From Thermoplasmatota archaeon (lineage in GTDB: Archaea; Thermoplasmatota; E2; JACPAO01; JAHFTW01): DNA of 64,000 nt. The stretch is from NCBI GenBank assembly GCA_041659985.1, contig JBAZXE010000002.1, positions 4,714 through 68,713 on the forward strand, written 5' to 3'. Under the pieces are notes generated by a model. It saw only the letters and a list, made by a program, of their open reading frames with translations, was not told where the DNA came from and made no database searches. Positions 11,662-20,391 of the stretch are shown here, in pieces. Both the position numbers and the translations under genes were made by a program. Every line of letters begins with the position of its first letter. Position 1 is the first letter of the stretch.

Positions 11662-13743
11662 TCACGCAGCGGAGGCGCTTGCTGGGGACGAACTCGCCGA
11701 TGCCCCGGAAGAGGGGACGCGGTCGGGAACGGTGAACCAGAACGTCGATCCGACCCCGGGAACGGACTCGACGCCGATGGTGCCGCCGCTGAGTTCGACG
11801 ATGCGCTTGCAGATGGCGAGACCGATGCCGGTGCCGGGGTAATCGTCGCGGCCGTGCAGGCGCTGGAAGATCTGGAAGATGCGCTCGAAGTGCCGCGGCT
11901 CGATGCCGATGCCGTTGTCCTTGACGGAGATGCGCCAGCCGCCAGGGGTGGCCTCGGCGGACAGCTCGACGCGACAGCGGCGCGTCGGGTCGCGGAACTT
12001 CAGGGCGTTGCCGATGAGGTTCTGCAGCAGCTGCTCAGACTGCCGCTCGTGGCCGACGATGGTGGGAAGCGCCGTTGTGACGACGAGGTCGGCGTTGGCC
12101 TCCGTCAGCGCCTGCTTCAAGGTGCCGCGGACGGTCTCGACGACGGCACCAAGGTCGACGGGCACCGGGGGCTCGGGCTTGGACCCGACGCGCGAGTACT
12201 GCAGGAGATCCTGGATGAGGCCTTGCATGCGTTGCGCCCCTTCCACGGCGGAGTCGATGAACTCGTCGGCATCTGCGTCCAGTCGGCCCTTGTAGCGACG
12301 CTGCAGCAGCTGCGTGTAGCTGGCGACGGTGCGTAGCGGTTCCTGCAGGTCGTGGCTGGCAACGTAGGCGAACTCGGCCAGCTCGCGGTTGGAGCGTTCC
12401 AGCTCGCGGCGCGCCTGGTCCTTGCGCGCTTCTTCCTCGAGCATGACGACGTTGAGGTGGCGGCGGCCGACGAAGCCAACGGCGAGGAACGCGACGAAGG
12501 CGATGCCGATCAGGAGGTACACCAGCCCCGCTTCGCCTTCGAGGGGCCACGAGGCCAGCAGCGACAAGCGACCGCTGACGAGCACTCCGAGCGGCAACAG
12601 GAGGTAGACCGCAAGCATCGCCAGGACGACATTCTCCAGGTTGGACGCGGTGGCTGCGAACTCCGGGGTGGCCTGCTGCCGGAACTTGCGCGTGTTGCGG
12701 TAGGCCAGCAGGCCGGCGCCAGCCGGCACGGCCATGACCAGGGCAATGAAGGGGTAGAGCAGCGGCGCCGGGGAGATGGGGGTCGCCGACGTGAAGACGA
12801 TTCGGTACACTCCCGCGCCGTGGGCTGCTGTGGCGTTCCCGGTGAGAACCACCACGTGCACGTCCCCGGCCTCACTCGTGGCCACCAGGTCCTCTTCCAC
12901 GGGCTCACCGCGCGGGCCAACGACATGCGAGAAGAGCAGGTCGTCGGCGACGCGCACGGTGATGCTGATGCGCCCGGCGACTCCGAGGCTTTCGGGGACG
13001 CGGGCGATGACGGTGGTGGCGAAGTGGATGGAGTCGCCTTGCAGGCCGAGGCGCTCGCGTTCGACGTCCGGTGACAGGGGGATGCCGGCCATCTCGATGG
13101 CCGCGTCACGCACCGTGGCCGAGAAGGACTGGCCGACTGCGGGGTTGATGAACGCCTGGCCAAGGGCAGTGCCGCGATCGTGGAACCGCCATGACACCGT
13201 CACGTTCGCCTGTCCAGGGGCCAAGTCAACGACGTAGCTGAACGCCTCGGCACCCAGGTGTTGCAAGTCGGTGGGTTCGTAGTACGGGAACGTCGCGGCC
13301 AGGCTGCCCTGCGGATCGTACACGCGCAGCTCCTGCTCCAGGTTCTTGGTGACCCCGGCGTCGGTGGTCTGCAGGATCACGCGGTCGGCGCTGAAGCGCA
13401 CGACCATCGAGGACGCCCCCGGGGGAACGTCAAGGGTGTAGAGGGCCTCGCCGCACCCGTTCTGGTTCTGCTCTTCGCGGAAGCGGAACCAGTTCTGCGT
13501 GTTGTTGAAGAGGAAATGGTTGGAACCGCAGGTTTGACTGGCCGGAAGGACGGGGACCTGCTGCGCCTGCTCGGCGTCGTAGCGCTCGTCCATGGCGCCC
13601 GTCGGGATGGTGACCTGGAGCCCGTACGTCGATTCGAGCACGCCCGACGCGCCGTCTTGGGCCCGCACCGGCAGGGCCGCCAGAGTCAAGACGGCGACCG
13701 CGACCCCCACGGCCGTCAAGGCCAGGCTGCGGCCCCGTGTCAC
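11662..13743 (-). CDS. sensor histidine kinase with a large extracytoplasmic N-domain
   Basis: Signal/TM MTRGRSLALTAVGVAVAVLTLAALPVRAQ, a ~330-aa outside domain, TM helices, H-box FAYVASHDLQEPLRTV and HATPase motifs NLIGNALKF...DNGIGI...GTGIGLAICKRIV. GTG start. Confidence 0.92.
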   Translation of the reverse strand: MTRGRSLALTAVGVAVAVLTLAALPVRAQDGASGVLESTYGLQVTIPTGAMDERYDAEQAQQVPVLPASQTCGSNHFLFNNTQNWFRFREEQNQNGCGEALYTLDVPPGASSMVVRFSADRVILQTTDAGVTKNLEQELRVYDPQGSLAATFPYYEPTDLQHLGAEAFSYVVDLAPGQANVTVSWRFHDRGTALGQAFINPAVGQSFSATVRDAAIEMAGIPLSPDVERERLGLQGDSIHFATTVIARVPESLGVAGRISITVRVADDLLFSHVVGPRGEPVEEDLVATSEAGDVHVVVLTGNATAAHGAGVYRIVFTSATPISPAPLLYPFIALVMAVPAGAGLLAYRNTRKFRQQATPEFAATASNLENVVLAMLAVYLLLPLGVLVSGRLSLLASWPLEGEAGLVYLLIGIAFVAFLAVGFVGRRHLNVVMLEEEARKDQARRELERSNRELAEFAYVASHDLQEPLRTVASYTQLLQRRYKGRLDADADEFIDSAVEGAQRMQGLIQDLLQYSRVGSKPEPPVPVDLGAVVETVRGTLKQALTEANADLVVTTALPTIVGHERQSEQLLQNLIGNALKFRDPTRRCRVELSAEATPGGWRISVKDNGIGIEPRHFERIFQIFQRLHGRDDYPGTGIGLAICKRIVELSGGTIGVESVPGVGSTFWFTVPDRVPSSGASASSSPASASAA

Positions 13744-14588
13744 TGCGCGTGCACCCCGGGGAGGCTTACCGCCGTGGCATTGACGCGGAACACCGGAAAC
13801 GTCGCGATGATGGGGTCGCCGGGCGGGCAGGCCAACTCATTGATGGGGCCAACGTTGCCGGCCGGCGTGCTGCGCGCGAAAACCGCCATGGCCGTGCCTT
13901 CGCGCAAGTAACAGGTCCCGCCCCCCGCGATGGGCTGCAGGTTGGCGGAATATTCGAGGTAGGCCAGGCCGGCGGGGCCCTGGCGCCAGAAACGCACGGT
14001 CGCGTTGCCCAAGGATACGGGAGCGTCCATGGCGCCGACGAAGAGAGCGCGTTGGCCCTGATTGTCGCGGACCTCGGTGCTGCCGATTGCTGACTGGGTG
14101 GCGACGACTCCAAACGTGATGTTGACGGAAGCCGTGCCTGGGAGGATTGGCCAGTCGGCGCCCGCCAGGACGGAATCCCAGGGTCCGGGGGGAGACACGC
14201 GCTCCACTTCGTAGAAGTTGAAGGCGGCCGGTTCAAGGCCCTCGACCAGGGGCGCTTCGATGAAGATGTCCACCGAGGCGGAGGAGAACGCCAAGCCGTC
14301 GTCGCCCAAGCACTCAAGGACAATGAGAAGGACGCCCGCGCGGCCAAAGGCTGCCGGACTACTGAGGAAGGCCTGCGGGTCGCGGGGATGGAATCCGGGT
14401 GGCAGGTACCGGTCGGTGTCGGCGTACTCCACGAACTGGAAGAGCAAGGCGTTCTCGCATTCGCCGGTGAAAAGCAGCGGCGCCGTCGGGTTCGGTTCAG
14501 GACCAGGGGTGACCGGGCCAGGGCCGCCGCCAAGGCAGCCCGACGCCAAGACAAGCAGGACCGCGATGGCGAAACCCCCCCTTGGCAT
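13740..14588 (-). CDS. lipoprotein of unknown function (paralog family member 1)
   Basis: Trimmed to MPRGGFAIAVLLVLASGCLGG (lipobox LASGC). Its stop overlaps the kinase GTG start (GTGA). It shares the C..LPxGFxP..V.EC pattern with the proteins at 44555 and 49635. Confidence 0.7.
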   Translation of the reverse strand: MPRGGFAIAVLLVLASGCLGGGPGPVTPGPEPNPTAPLLFTGECENALLFQFVEYADTDRYLPPGFHPRDPQAFLSSPAAFGRAGVLLIVLECLGDDGLAFSSASVDIFIEAPLVEGLEPAAFNFYEVERVSPPGPWDSVLAGADWPILPGTASVNITFGVVATQSAIGSTEVRDNQGQRALFVGAMDAPVSLGNATVRFWRQGPAGLAYLEYSANLQPIAGGGTCYLREGTAMAVFARSTPAGNVGPINELACPPGDPIIATFPVFRVNATAVSLPGVHAQ

Positions 14589-14665
14589 ACCCGTTCCACG
14601 TGGACGCCGCAAGAAAGGCTTTGGGGTGCCGGCCCAGGTCCGCCGCGAAAGTCCGGCTCGGCCTG

Positions 14666-15100
14666 CTAGGCCCGAAGGCGGCCATCCGCCCACAAGGTCA
14701 CCAGGTCGTTGGCGAGGGCGACGTAGCCGTCCATCGTCAGCGGCTTGGCCATGTAGGCCGCCGCCTGGTTGCCGCGGGCGCGCTGCACGTCGACCTGGTG
14801 CTGCGATGAACTCAGGATGATGACTGGGAGCCGTTCCAGCAACGGCACGCCGCGCATGCGCTCCAGAAACTCATGGCCGGACGTGCCGGGGAGATTGAGG
14901 TCGAGGAGAATGAGGTTGGGCAGATGCGTCGCCGGCGCCTTGAGCCCCTCTTGCAGGGTCTTCCATGCCTTCTCGGCGTTGAGGCAGTGGATGACCTCGG
15001 GGCGGACCTCCGTCTCGCGGAAAGCCTCCTGCAGAAGGCGGGCGTCCTGGGGGTTGTCCTCGACGAGGAGGAAACGCGCCGTGTTGCCGCCAGGGACCAT
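14666..15100 (-). CDS. response regulator, receiver domain only
   Basis: Trimmed to ATG 15100: MVPGGNTARFLLVEDNPQDARLL...LILLDLNLPGTSGHEFL...PVIILSSS...AYMAKP. Confidence 0.88.
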   Translation of the reverse strand: MVPGGNTARFLLVEDNPQDARLLQEAFRETEVRPEVIHCLNAEKAWKTLQEGLKAPATHLPNLILLDLNLPGTSGHEFLERMRGVPLLERLPVIILSSSQHQVDVQRARGNQAAAYMAKPLTMDGYVALANDLVTLWADGRLRA

Positions 15101-15186
15101 GCCGACGCCACCACGCCCGGGCGGGGCATGAAGGTTGCTGCGCCTGCCGTCGTCAGGCCTTTCTGCCGTCCCCGCCTGGCACGGCC

Positions 15187-15771
15187 ATGCGCATCTGGGT
15201 CGTCGACAACGGGAGCCAATGGACGCACCGGGAGTGGCGCGTCTTGCGGTACCTGAAGCAGGACACCCAGATGATTGACAACAAGACGCCCGTGCAGGAC
15301 CTCCTGTCCGCCGACTTGGACGGAATCCTGCTGTCCGGCGGCGCTCCCCGCGTCGGCATCGACGGCGAACTTGGGGCGTGCGGCGACTACCTCGACACAC
15401 TCAAGATTCCCATCCTGGGCATCTGTGCCGGCCACCAGTTCATGGCGCGGCATTTCGGCGGGGAGGCATCGCCCGGCAAGCGCCCGGAGTTCGGCCAGGT
15501 CGAGATGACCATCGCGGACCCCGATGACATCCTGAAGGACGTCCCCAGCCCGACCATCGTGTGGGCCAGCCACCACGACGAGGTCAGCAAACTCCCGCCC
15601 GACTTCAAGGTCCTGGCCAGCTCCGAAGACTGCCCCGTGCAGGTCATGCGGCACAAGACGCGGCCGCTCTTCGGGATGTCGTACCACCCGGAAGTCGAGC
15701 ACACGCAGGCCGGGGTCACGATGTTCAAAAACTTCATCCGGATTTGCGAAGAGGCGAAGGCCAAGCGCTGA
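15187..15771 (+). CDS. guaAA: GMP synthase, glutamine amidotransferase subunit A
   Basis: MRIWVVDNGSQWTHREWRVL...ILGICAGHQFMARHFGG...YHPEVEHT (class-I GATase Cys-His-Glu), with the archaeal split-subunit size. Confidence 0.9.
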   Translation: MRIWVVDNGSQWTHREWRVLRYLKQDTQMIDNKTPVQDLLSADLDGILLSGGAPRVGIDGELGACGDYLDTLKIPILGICAGHQFMARHFGGEASPGKRPEFGQVEMTIADPDDILKDVPSPTIVWASHHDEVSKLPPDFKVLASSEDCPVQVMRHKTRPLFGMSYHPEVEHTQAGVTMFKNFIRICEEAKAKR

Positions 15772-15805
15772 CGATCCTTCTGGACACTTCGATTTTCCGT
15801 CCCGA

Positions 15806-16966
15806 ATGTTTTCAAGCCCGGCCTGGCTTGGACGGGGCGTGTCCAAGGCGGATGCCCACCGACCGGAGCCCGCCGCGCCGGCACCCAAGCGTCTCCGTCT
15901 GATGCTCCCGACGCAGAGCCAGGTGTTCTTCTTCACCATCCTGGCCCTCATGCTGTTTCTCACGTGGGTCGTGTTCCGCGGCTTCATCATCTACATGGTG
16001 GCCGGCGTCTTCGTGGCGGTCCTGGCGCTGCCCATCGACCGGATGTGGGAGAAACTGTTTCCCAACCGGGTCGCGGCGGTCTTCACCATCTTCACGCTCG
16101 TCCTGATTCTCACCCTGCCGCTGGCGATTCTTGGGTTGTCCTTGTACCAGGACGCCAACGACCTCGTCCGGGCCGTGGACGAAGGGCACCTGCGCGACTA
16201 CGCCAACAGTACCGTGGACATCATGGTGGAGTTCGGCCTGTTGCAGGAGGAGGACCGCAACGTGACGGTGCAGCAGTTCGTGGCCGGAGCCCAGACCTAC
16301 ATCCGGGAAGCCCTGAGCGACCTCGCCGACAGCCTCCTCTCCGGCGTGGGCCGCTTCTTCGTCGCCTTCACCGTCATCCTGTTCGTGGTCTACTATGTCC
16401 TCACCGATGGGCACCGCTTGACGTCGTACCTGCGGCGGGCCACGCCGTTGCCGGCCAAGCAGGTGGACTACCTCATGGGCGAAGCGCACCGCGGCCTCAA
16501 GGCGGTCTTCGTCGGGCAGATCCTCACCAGCGTCATCCAAGGCGCGGTCGGCGGCATCGGGTTCCTGATTGCGGGATTGCCCGGCGTGATCTTGTGGTCC
16601 GCCGTGATGGCCATCCTGAGCCTGCTGCCGGTCGTTGGCGCGTTCTTGGTCTGGGTGCCGGCCGCCATCTTCCTGCTCATCCGCGGCGATTTGTGGCAGG
16701 GCATTTTCCTGCTGGGATGGGGCATCCTCATCGTCAGCCAGGTCGACAACTTCGTGCGCCCCAAGCTCATCGGCGACCGCAGCGGCATCCACCCCTTGTT
16801 CGTCCTCGTCGGCGTGCTGGGCGGCGTCGCGGCCTTCGGCTTCATCGGCCTCTTCCTTGGCCCGCTCCTCGTCGGTGTGACGGTCTCCGTCCTCAAGGTC
16901 TGGGAGACCGACTACCTCGACCCCAAGGTGCTCGAAGCCTCCGAAGAGCCGCCATCCGACGGTTGA
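15806..16966 (+). CDS. AI-2E family transporter (PerM/UPF0118)
   Basis: Multi-TM protein with SQVDNFVRPKLIGDRSGIHPLFVLVGVLGG. The start may instead be the ATG at 15902 (MLPTQSQVFFF). Confidence 0.8.
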   Translation: MFSSPAWLGRGVSKADAHRPEPAAPAPKRLRLMLPTQSQVFFFTILALMLFLTWVVFRGFIIYMVAGVFVAVLALPIDRMWEKLFPNRVAAVFTIFTLVLILTLPLAILGLSLYQDANDLVRAVDEGHLRDYANSTVDIMVEFGLLQEEDRNVTVQQFVAGAQTYIREALSDLADSLLSGVGRFFVAFTVILFVVYYVLTDGHRLTSYLRRATPLPAKQVDYLMGEAHRGLKAVFVGQILTSVIQGAVGGIGFLIAGLPGVILWSAVMAILSLLPVVGAFLVWVPAAIFLLIRGDLWQGIFLLGWGILIVSQVDNFVRPKLIGDRSGIHPLFVLVGVLGGVAAFGFIGLFLGPLLVGVTVSVLKVWETDYLDPKVLEASEEPPSDG

Positions 16967-16969
16967 CAT

Positions 16970-18013
16970 TCAGGCGAGGGCCGATGCCCCGATTCCCCAG
17001 GTGCCCTGCATGATTTCGCCCGGCTGGAGGATGCGAAGGCCCCAATCTGGATGGTTGAACGCATCCGTGGCGCAAGTCATCGGCTCCACCGCGATGGCCT
17101 TGCGGGCGTCCGGTCCCAACGCGTCGCCCGTGTACAGGACAAGGTGCGAAAAGTTGCGGTCCATCCAGACCTCAACATCGCCAACCCGGACGCGCGCAAA
17201 GCCGTCGCCGTCGCGCAACAGGCCCGTGAAACAGTGGTTGAAGCGGACCCCGTCCACGCGACGCGGTTGACGGAAATCGAGGTCCGTGGGGACGTCGATG
17301 ATGCGACCCGTCGGCAGGAGCTGGTCGAACTCGACGAGCTTCGTGGCCGGGGAGCGTAGGATTGCCTGATTCGTTCCCTCAGGCGTGGCAAGGTAGGGAT
17401 GGAACCCGGCCCCGACGGGCGCTGCCGTATCCCCGGCGTTGCGAATCACGAATGCACAGGCGAGTCCTCGGTCCAGCAACTCGTACCCCACCACGACGTC
17501 GAGATCGAACGGGTACCCCGGGTGGTCTCGCTTGGAAATGCGCGTGCGGAATTGCGCTGACGAGTCATCATGCGGCCCTTCCTCCCACGTCTTTGTACGG
17601 ACGAAGCCGTGGATGGCGTTGGGTCCTTCCTTGTCGTTCTTGGCAAGGTCGTGGCGTTTGCCGTCAACGGTGTACGTCCCGCCGGCGATGCGGCCGGGGA
17701 AGGGAATCAGGACGTCGCCTTGGCCGCCCTTCTTGGCGGCCGTGCCCGAGTAGCCCCACAAAATGTCGCGAGGCGGTTGGCCTGCTCGTTCGACCCACAG
17801 GCGGCGAAGCGAGGCGCCGAAGGGTGAGACAGTGGCGCGCAGGTCGCCCGCCGAGAGAAGGCATTCCAGGTGGTCGGTCAAGGCTGCGACTTGCGCTGGT
17901 GGTGTTCGGCCGCACCCTGGGCGAAGGTCAAATTGGTGTAGACCAGCGCAATGAACGAGAGTGCTGCGAACAGGGCTCCCAGCATACCGACGTAGGCGCG
18001 GTCCAGTGGCCAT
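16970..18013 (-). CDS. aldose 1-epimerase family protein
   Basis: ATVSPFGASLRRLW...IPFPGRIAGGTY...NAIHGFVRTKTW...GFHPYL. The track N-terminus overlaps the 17878 gene, so the real start may be TTG 17881. Confidence 0.75.
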   Translation of the reverse strand: MATGPRLRRYAGSPVRSTLVHCAGLHQFDLRPGCGRTPPAQVAALTDHLECLLSAGDLRATVSPFGASLRRLWVERAGQPPRDILWGYSGTAAKKGGQGDVLIPFPGRIAGGTYTVDGKRHDLAKNDKEGPNAIHGFVRTKTWEEGPHDDSSAQFRTRISKRDHPGYPFDLDVVVGYELLDRGLACAFVIRNAGDTAAPVGAGFHPYLATPEGTNQAILRSPATKLVEFDQLLPTGRIIDVPTDLDFRQPRRVDGVRFNHCFTGLLRDGDGFARVRVGDVEVWMDRNFSHLVLYTGDALGPDARKAIAVEPMTCATDAFNHPDWGLRILQPGEIMQGTWGIGASALA

Positions 18014-18171
18014 CCCTCCGTGGCCAACTCGAAGGTCACTAGCGACAATCCCCCCGCAAGCACTAGACCACCCAGGATGAGTGTAACGAGCCGGCGGCGG
18101 CGAAGGTTGGTCAGTGATGCAACCTTCACGAACGCCAGAAACGCCTTCTCGGGTTTTGACGGTTGGTCCAT
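17878..18171 (-). CDS. small two-TM membrane protein, unknown function
   Basis: MDQPSKPEKAFLAFVKV...LILGGLVLAGGLSLVTF...MLGALFAALSFIALVY. Composition is plausible for a real protein. I recognise no family. Confidence 0.45.
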   Translation of the reverse strand: MDQPSKPEKAFLAFVKVASLTNLRRRRLVTLILGGLVLAGGLSLVTFELATEGWPLDRAYVGMLGALFAALSFIALVYTNLTFAQGAAEHHQRKSQP

Positions 18172-18194
18172 GCGGCGGCTACGCTCGCAGGATT

Positions 18195-18240
18195 ACAAAA
18201 ACAAAAGGGAAGGGAAAGGGAAAGAGAGGGAAAGGGGCTT
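18195..18240 (-). terminator. polypyrimidine / oligo-T tract after the r-protein operon
   Basis: The minus strand after the P1 stop reads CCCCTTTCCCTCTCTTTCCCTTTCCCTTCCCTTTTGTTTTTGTAATCC. Confidence 0.5.
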
Positions 18241-18249
18241 ACGAAGCGA

Positions 18250-18552
18250 TTAACCGAAGAGCGCGCCGAGACCGGCAGCGGCTTCTTCCTCGGAGACGCC
18301 CTTCTCCTCGGGCTTCTCCTCGACCTTCGCGGCGGCGGCGCCACCGGAGGGGGCAGCGGCCACGGCGACCGGGGCGGCGCTGGCGTTCTTGATCGCGGCG
18401 GCGATGTCGGCGCCCTCGAGGGCGGCGACGAGGGCCTTCACGCGACCAGAGTCGGCCGGGATTCCGGCGCCCTTGAGGACGGCGGAGACGTTCGCTTCGT
18501 TGACTTCTTTCTTGGCGCTGTGCAGGAGCAGCGCGCTGTAGACGTATTCCAT
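18250..18552 (-). CDS. rpl12: 50S ribosomal stalk protein P1 (L12)
   Basis: [22 protein letters not shown]...[23 protein letters not shown]. Trimmed to the ATG at 18552, which lies 10 nt after AGGAGG. Confidence 0.93.
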   Translation of the reverse strand: MEYVYSALLLHSAKKEVNEANVSAVLKGAGIPADSGRVKALVAALEGADIAAAIKNASAAPVAVAAAPSGGAAAAKVEEKPEEKGVSEEEAAAGLGALFG

Positions 18553-18568
18553 GGTGTTCATTCCTCCT

Positions 18569-19615
18569 TTAACCAAACAGCGCGCCGAGTCCGGCGGCCG
18601 CTTCTTCTTCGCTGACTCCCTTCTCCTCGGGCTTCTCCTCGGCCGCAGCCGCGGAGCCGCCGGCCGAGCTGGGAGCAGCAACGGCCACTTGGCTGAGGAT
18701 CTTGACGGCGTCGCCGAGGCGGGCCTTCAGCTCGTCGGAGAGGTCGCTCTCCTTCTTGCCGATGGTCGCCAGCAGCTTGGCGTAGTCTTCCGTGACCGTC
18801 TGCTTGACGGCCTCGTCGACTTCCAGGCCCTTCTCGAGGACCAGGGCGATGGCCTGCTTGTAGGCACGGCCGAGGATCGCGTCGGCGGTCTGGGGGGTGA
18901 CCCAGGCCATCTGCAGCGAAACCTCGTTGGCCGTGCGCACGGCGATGCCCATCTGGCTGAAGATGACGGACTCGTCGACGGCCAGGGTTTCCGGCGCGTA
19001 CATCGTGTCCTTCTCGAAGGCGGCCTTGAGGTCGATCTTGAGCTCGACCGGGCGGATCTCCAGCTTGGCCAGCATGGTGGCCAGTTCGGCGGAGACGATG
19101 GCGCCGGCCTTGACCGGGGTCGACTCCTTGGCGATGACGACCTTGCCGGCCTCGATCTTGGCCGAGATGCCGACCTTCTGCAGCTCACCGACGATGGGGC
19201 CGGGGCCGAAGGGCGTGCCGCCCTTGGGGATGACGATGTCGTGCGGGGCGACCTGGCCGCCCTTGAGGGGGGCCATGGAGGCGCCGGCCTTCAGGCTCTT
19301 GAAGAGCTTGAAGGGGTTGTTCTTCGTCGCCAGGATGACGGACTGGCCGTGCAGCTTGTCGGCCAAGGCCTCGAGGCCCGGGCGCTGCTGGGCGGCCTGC
19401 TGGATGGCGATGGCGAGGAGGCGGTTCTTGGAACCGACGACCGCGACGGAGCCGCGCAGCGAGGCGCGCATCTGCTGCATCTGGGGGGCCGGGATGCCGG
19501 AGACCTCAGCGACAGCGACGACGGGGTTGTCGAGCAGAATCTTGGCGAGGCGGTTGACCTCGTCCTTCTTCCAGGGGGCGACGTGCGCGTGGCCCTCGGT
19601 GGTGCCCTTGGACAT
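18569..19615 (-). CDS. rplP0: 50S ribosomal protein P0 (uL10)
   Basis: [38 protein letters not shown]..., with the same acidic C-terminal tail [23 protein letters not shown]. Confidence 0.95.
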   Translation of the reverse strand: MSKGTTEGHAHVAPWKKDEVNRLAKILLDNPVVAVAEVSGIPAPQMQQMRASLRGSVAVVGSKNRLLAIAIQQAAQQRPGLEALADKLHGQSVILATKNNPFKLFKSLKAGASMAPLKGGQVAPHDIVIPKGGTPFGPGPIVGELQKVGISAKIEAGKVVIAKESTPVKAGAIVSAELATMLAKLEIRPVELKIDLKAAFEKDTMYAPETLAVDESVIFSQMGIAVRTANEVSLQMAWVTPQTADAILGRAYKQAIALVLEKGLEVDEAVKQTVTEDYAKLLATIGKKESDLSDELKARLGDAVKILSQVAVAAPSSAGGSAAAAEEKPEEKGVSEEEAAAGLGALFG

Positions 19616-20268
19616 TAGACCAGCCTCACGGACGGGCCCATGGTGGTCTTGACGAACACGGAGCCCAGGTTCATGCGGCCGTGCTCGAGCTTGGACTCGA
19701 CACGCTTCAGGACCGCCTCGACGTTGTCGGCGATGTCCTCGACGCTCATCGACTCGGCGCCGACGATGCAGTGGAAGACCTTCTTGTCCTTGGAGCGGAC
19801 CTTGACCGTGTTGCGCAGGTTGTTGATCTGCGGCGACGGGTCGGCGCCGGGGGGCAGCGGGCGCGGCATCTTGCCGCGGGGACCGAGCACGACACCGAGC
19901 GTTTTGCCGATGTTGGCCATCAGGGGGGCCTCGGCGAGGAAGTACGTCGTCTCGTTGACGGCGCGCTTGAAGGAGCGCTTGTTCTTCTGGAAGCCCTCGA
20001 ACTCGTCGGGCTGGATGACCAGGTCGGCGACCTTCTTGGCCTTCTGTGCGCCTTCGCCCTGGGCGAAGACCCCGACCTTGGCCGGCTTGCCGCGGCCCTT
20101 GGGCAGGATGATGTCCTCGTCGATGCGGTTCTTGGGAATCGACAAATCGACGTTCTTCAGCAGGATGGCGAGGTCCACGGATTGCGTGAACTTGCGGTCC
20201 TGCGCCTTGGAGGCCTCAAGGGCCTTGGCGACGGCTTCGATGGTGGTCTTTTCGGCGATGGAAATCAC
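19615..20268 (-). CDS. rpl1: 50S ribosomal protein uL1
   Basis: KFTQSVDLAILLKNVDL...LGVVLGPRGKMPRPLPPGADP...VFVKTTMGPSVRL. GTG start. There is a 1-nt overlap with rplP0. Confidence 0.95.
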   Translation of the reverse strand: MISIAEKTTIEAVAKALEASKAQDRKFTQSVDLAILLKNVDLSIPKNRIDEDIILPKGRGKPAKVGVFAQGEGAQKAKKVADLVIQPDEFEGFQKNKRSFKRAVNETTYFLAEAPLMANIGKTLGVVLGPRGKMPRPLPPGADPSPQINNLRNTVKVRSKDKKVFHCIVGAESMSVEDIADNVEAVLKRVESKLEHGRMNLGSVFVKTTMGPSVRLV

Positions 20269-20330
20269 CTAAGGCAGTACGTGCGACGGGGAACCCGTCT
20301 CCTGCCGGCTCTTCGCCGACAGAGGAGTGG

Positions 20331-20340
20331 TATAAAACCA
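20331..20340 (-). promoter_or_regulatory. TATA box of the L1-P0-P1 operon
   Basis: The minus strand reads TGGTTTTATACC about 63 nt upstream of the rpl1 start. It is the only A/T-rich octamer in that spacer. Confidence 0.55.
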
Positions 20341-20391
20341 TTCGTCCAGGCGAAACTGGGGTCCCCGTGGAGGGTAGCCGCCGTTGCCGGC

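Noticed and set aside
15812-16969. 385-aa minus-strand ORF.
   Set aside because: It is a mirror image of the AI-2E transporter gene, and it is highly charged with no hydrophobic segments or motifs.
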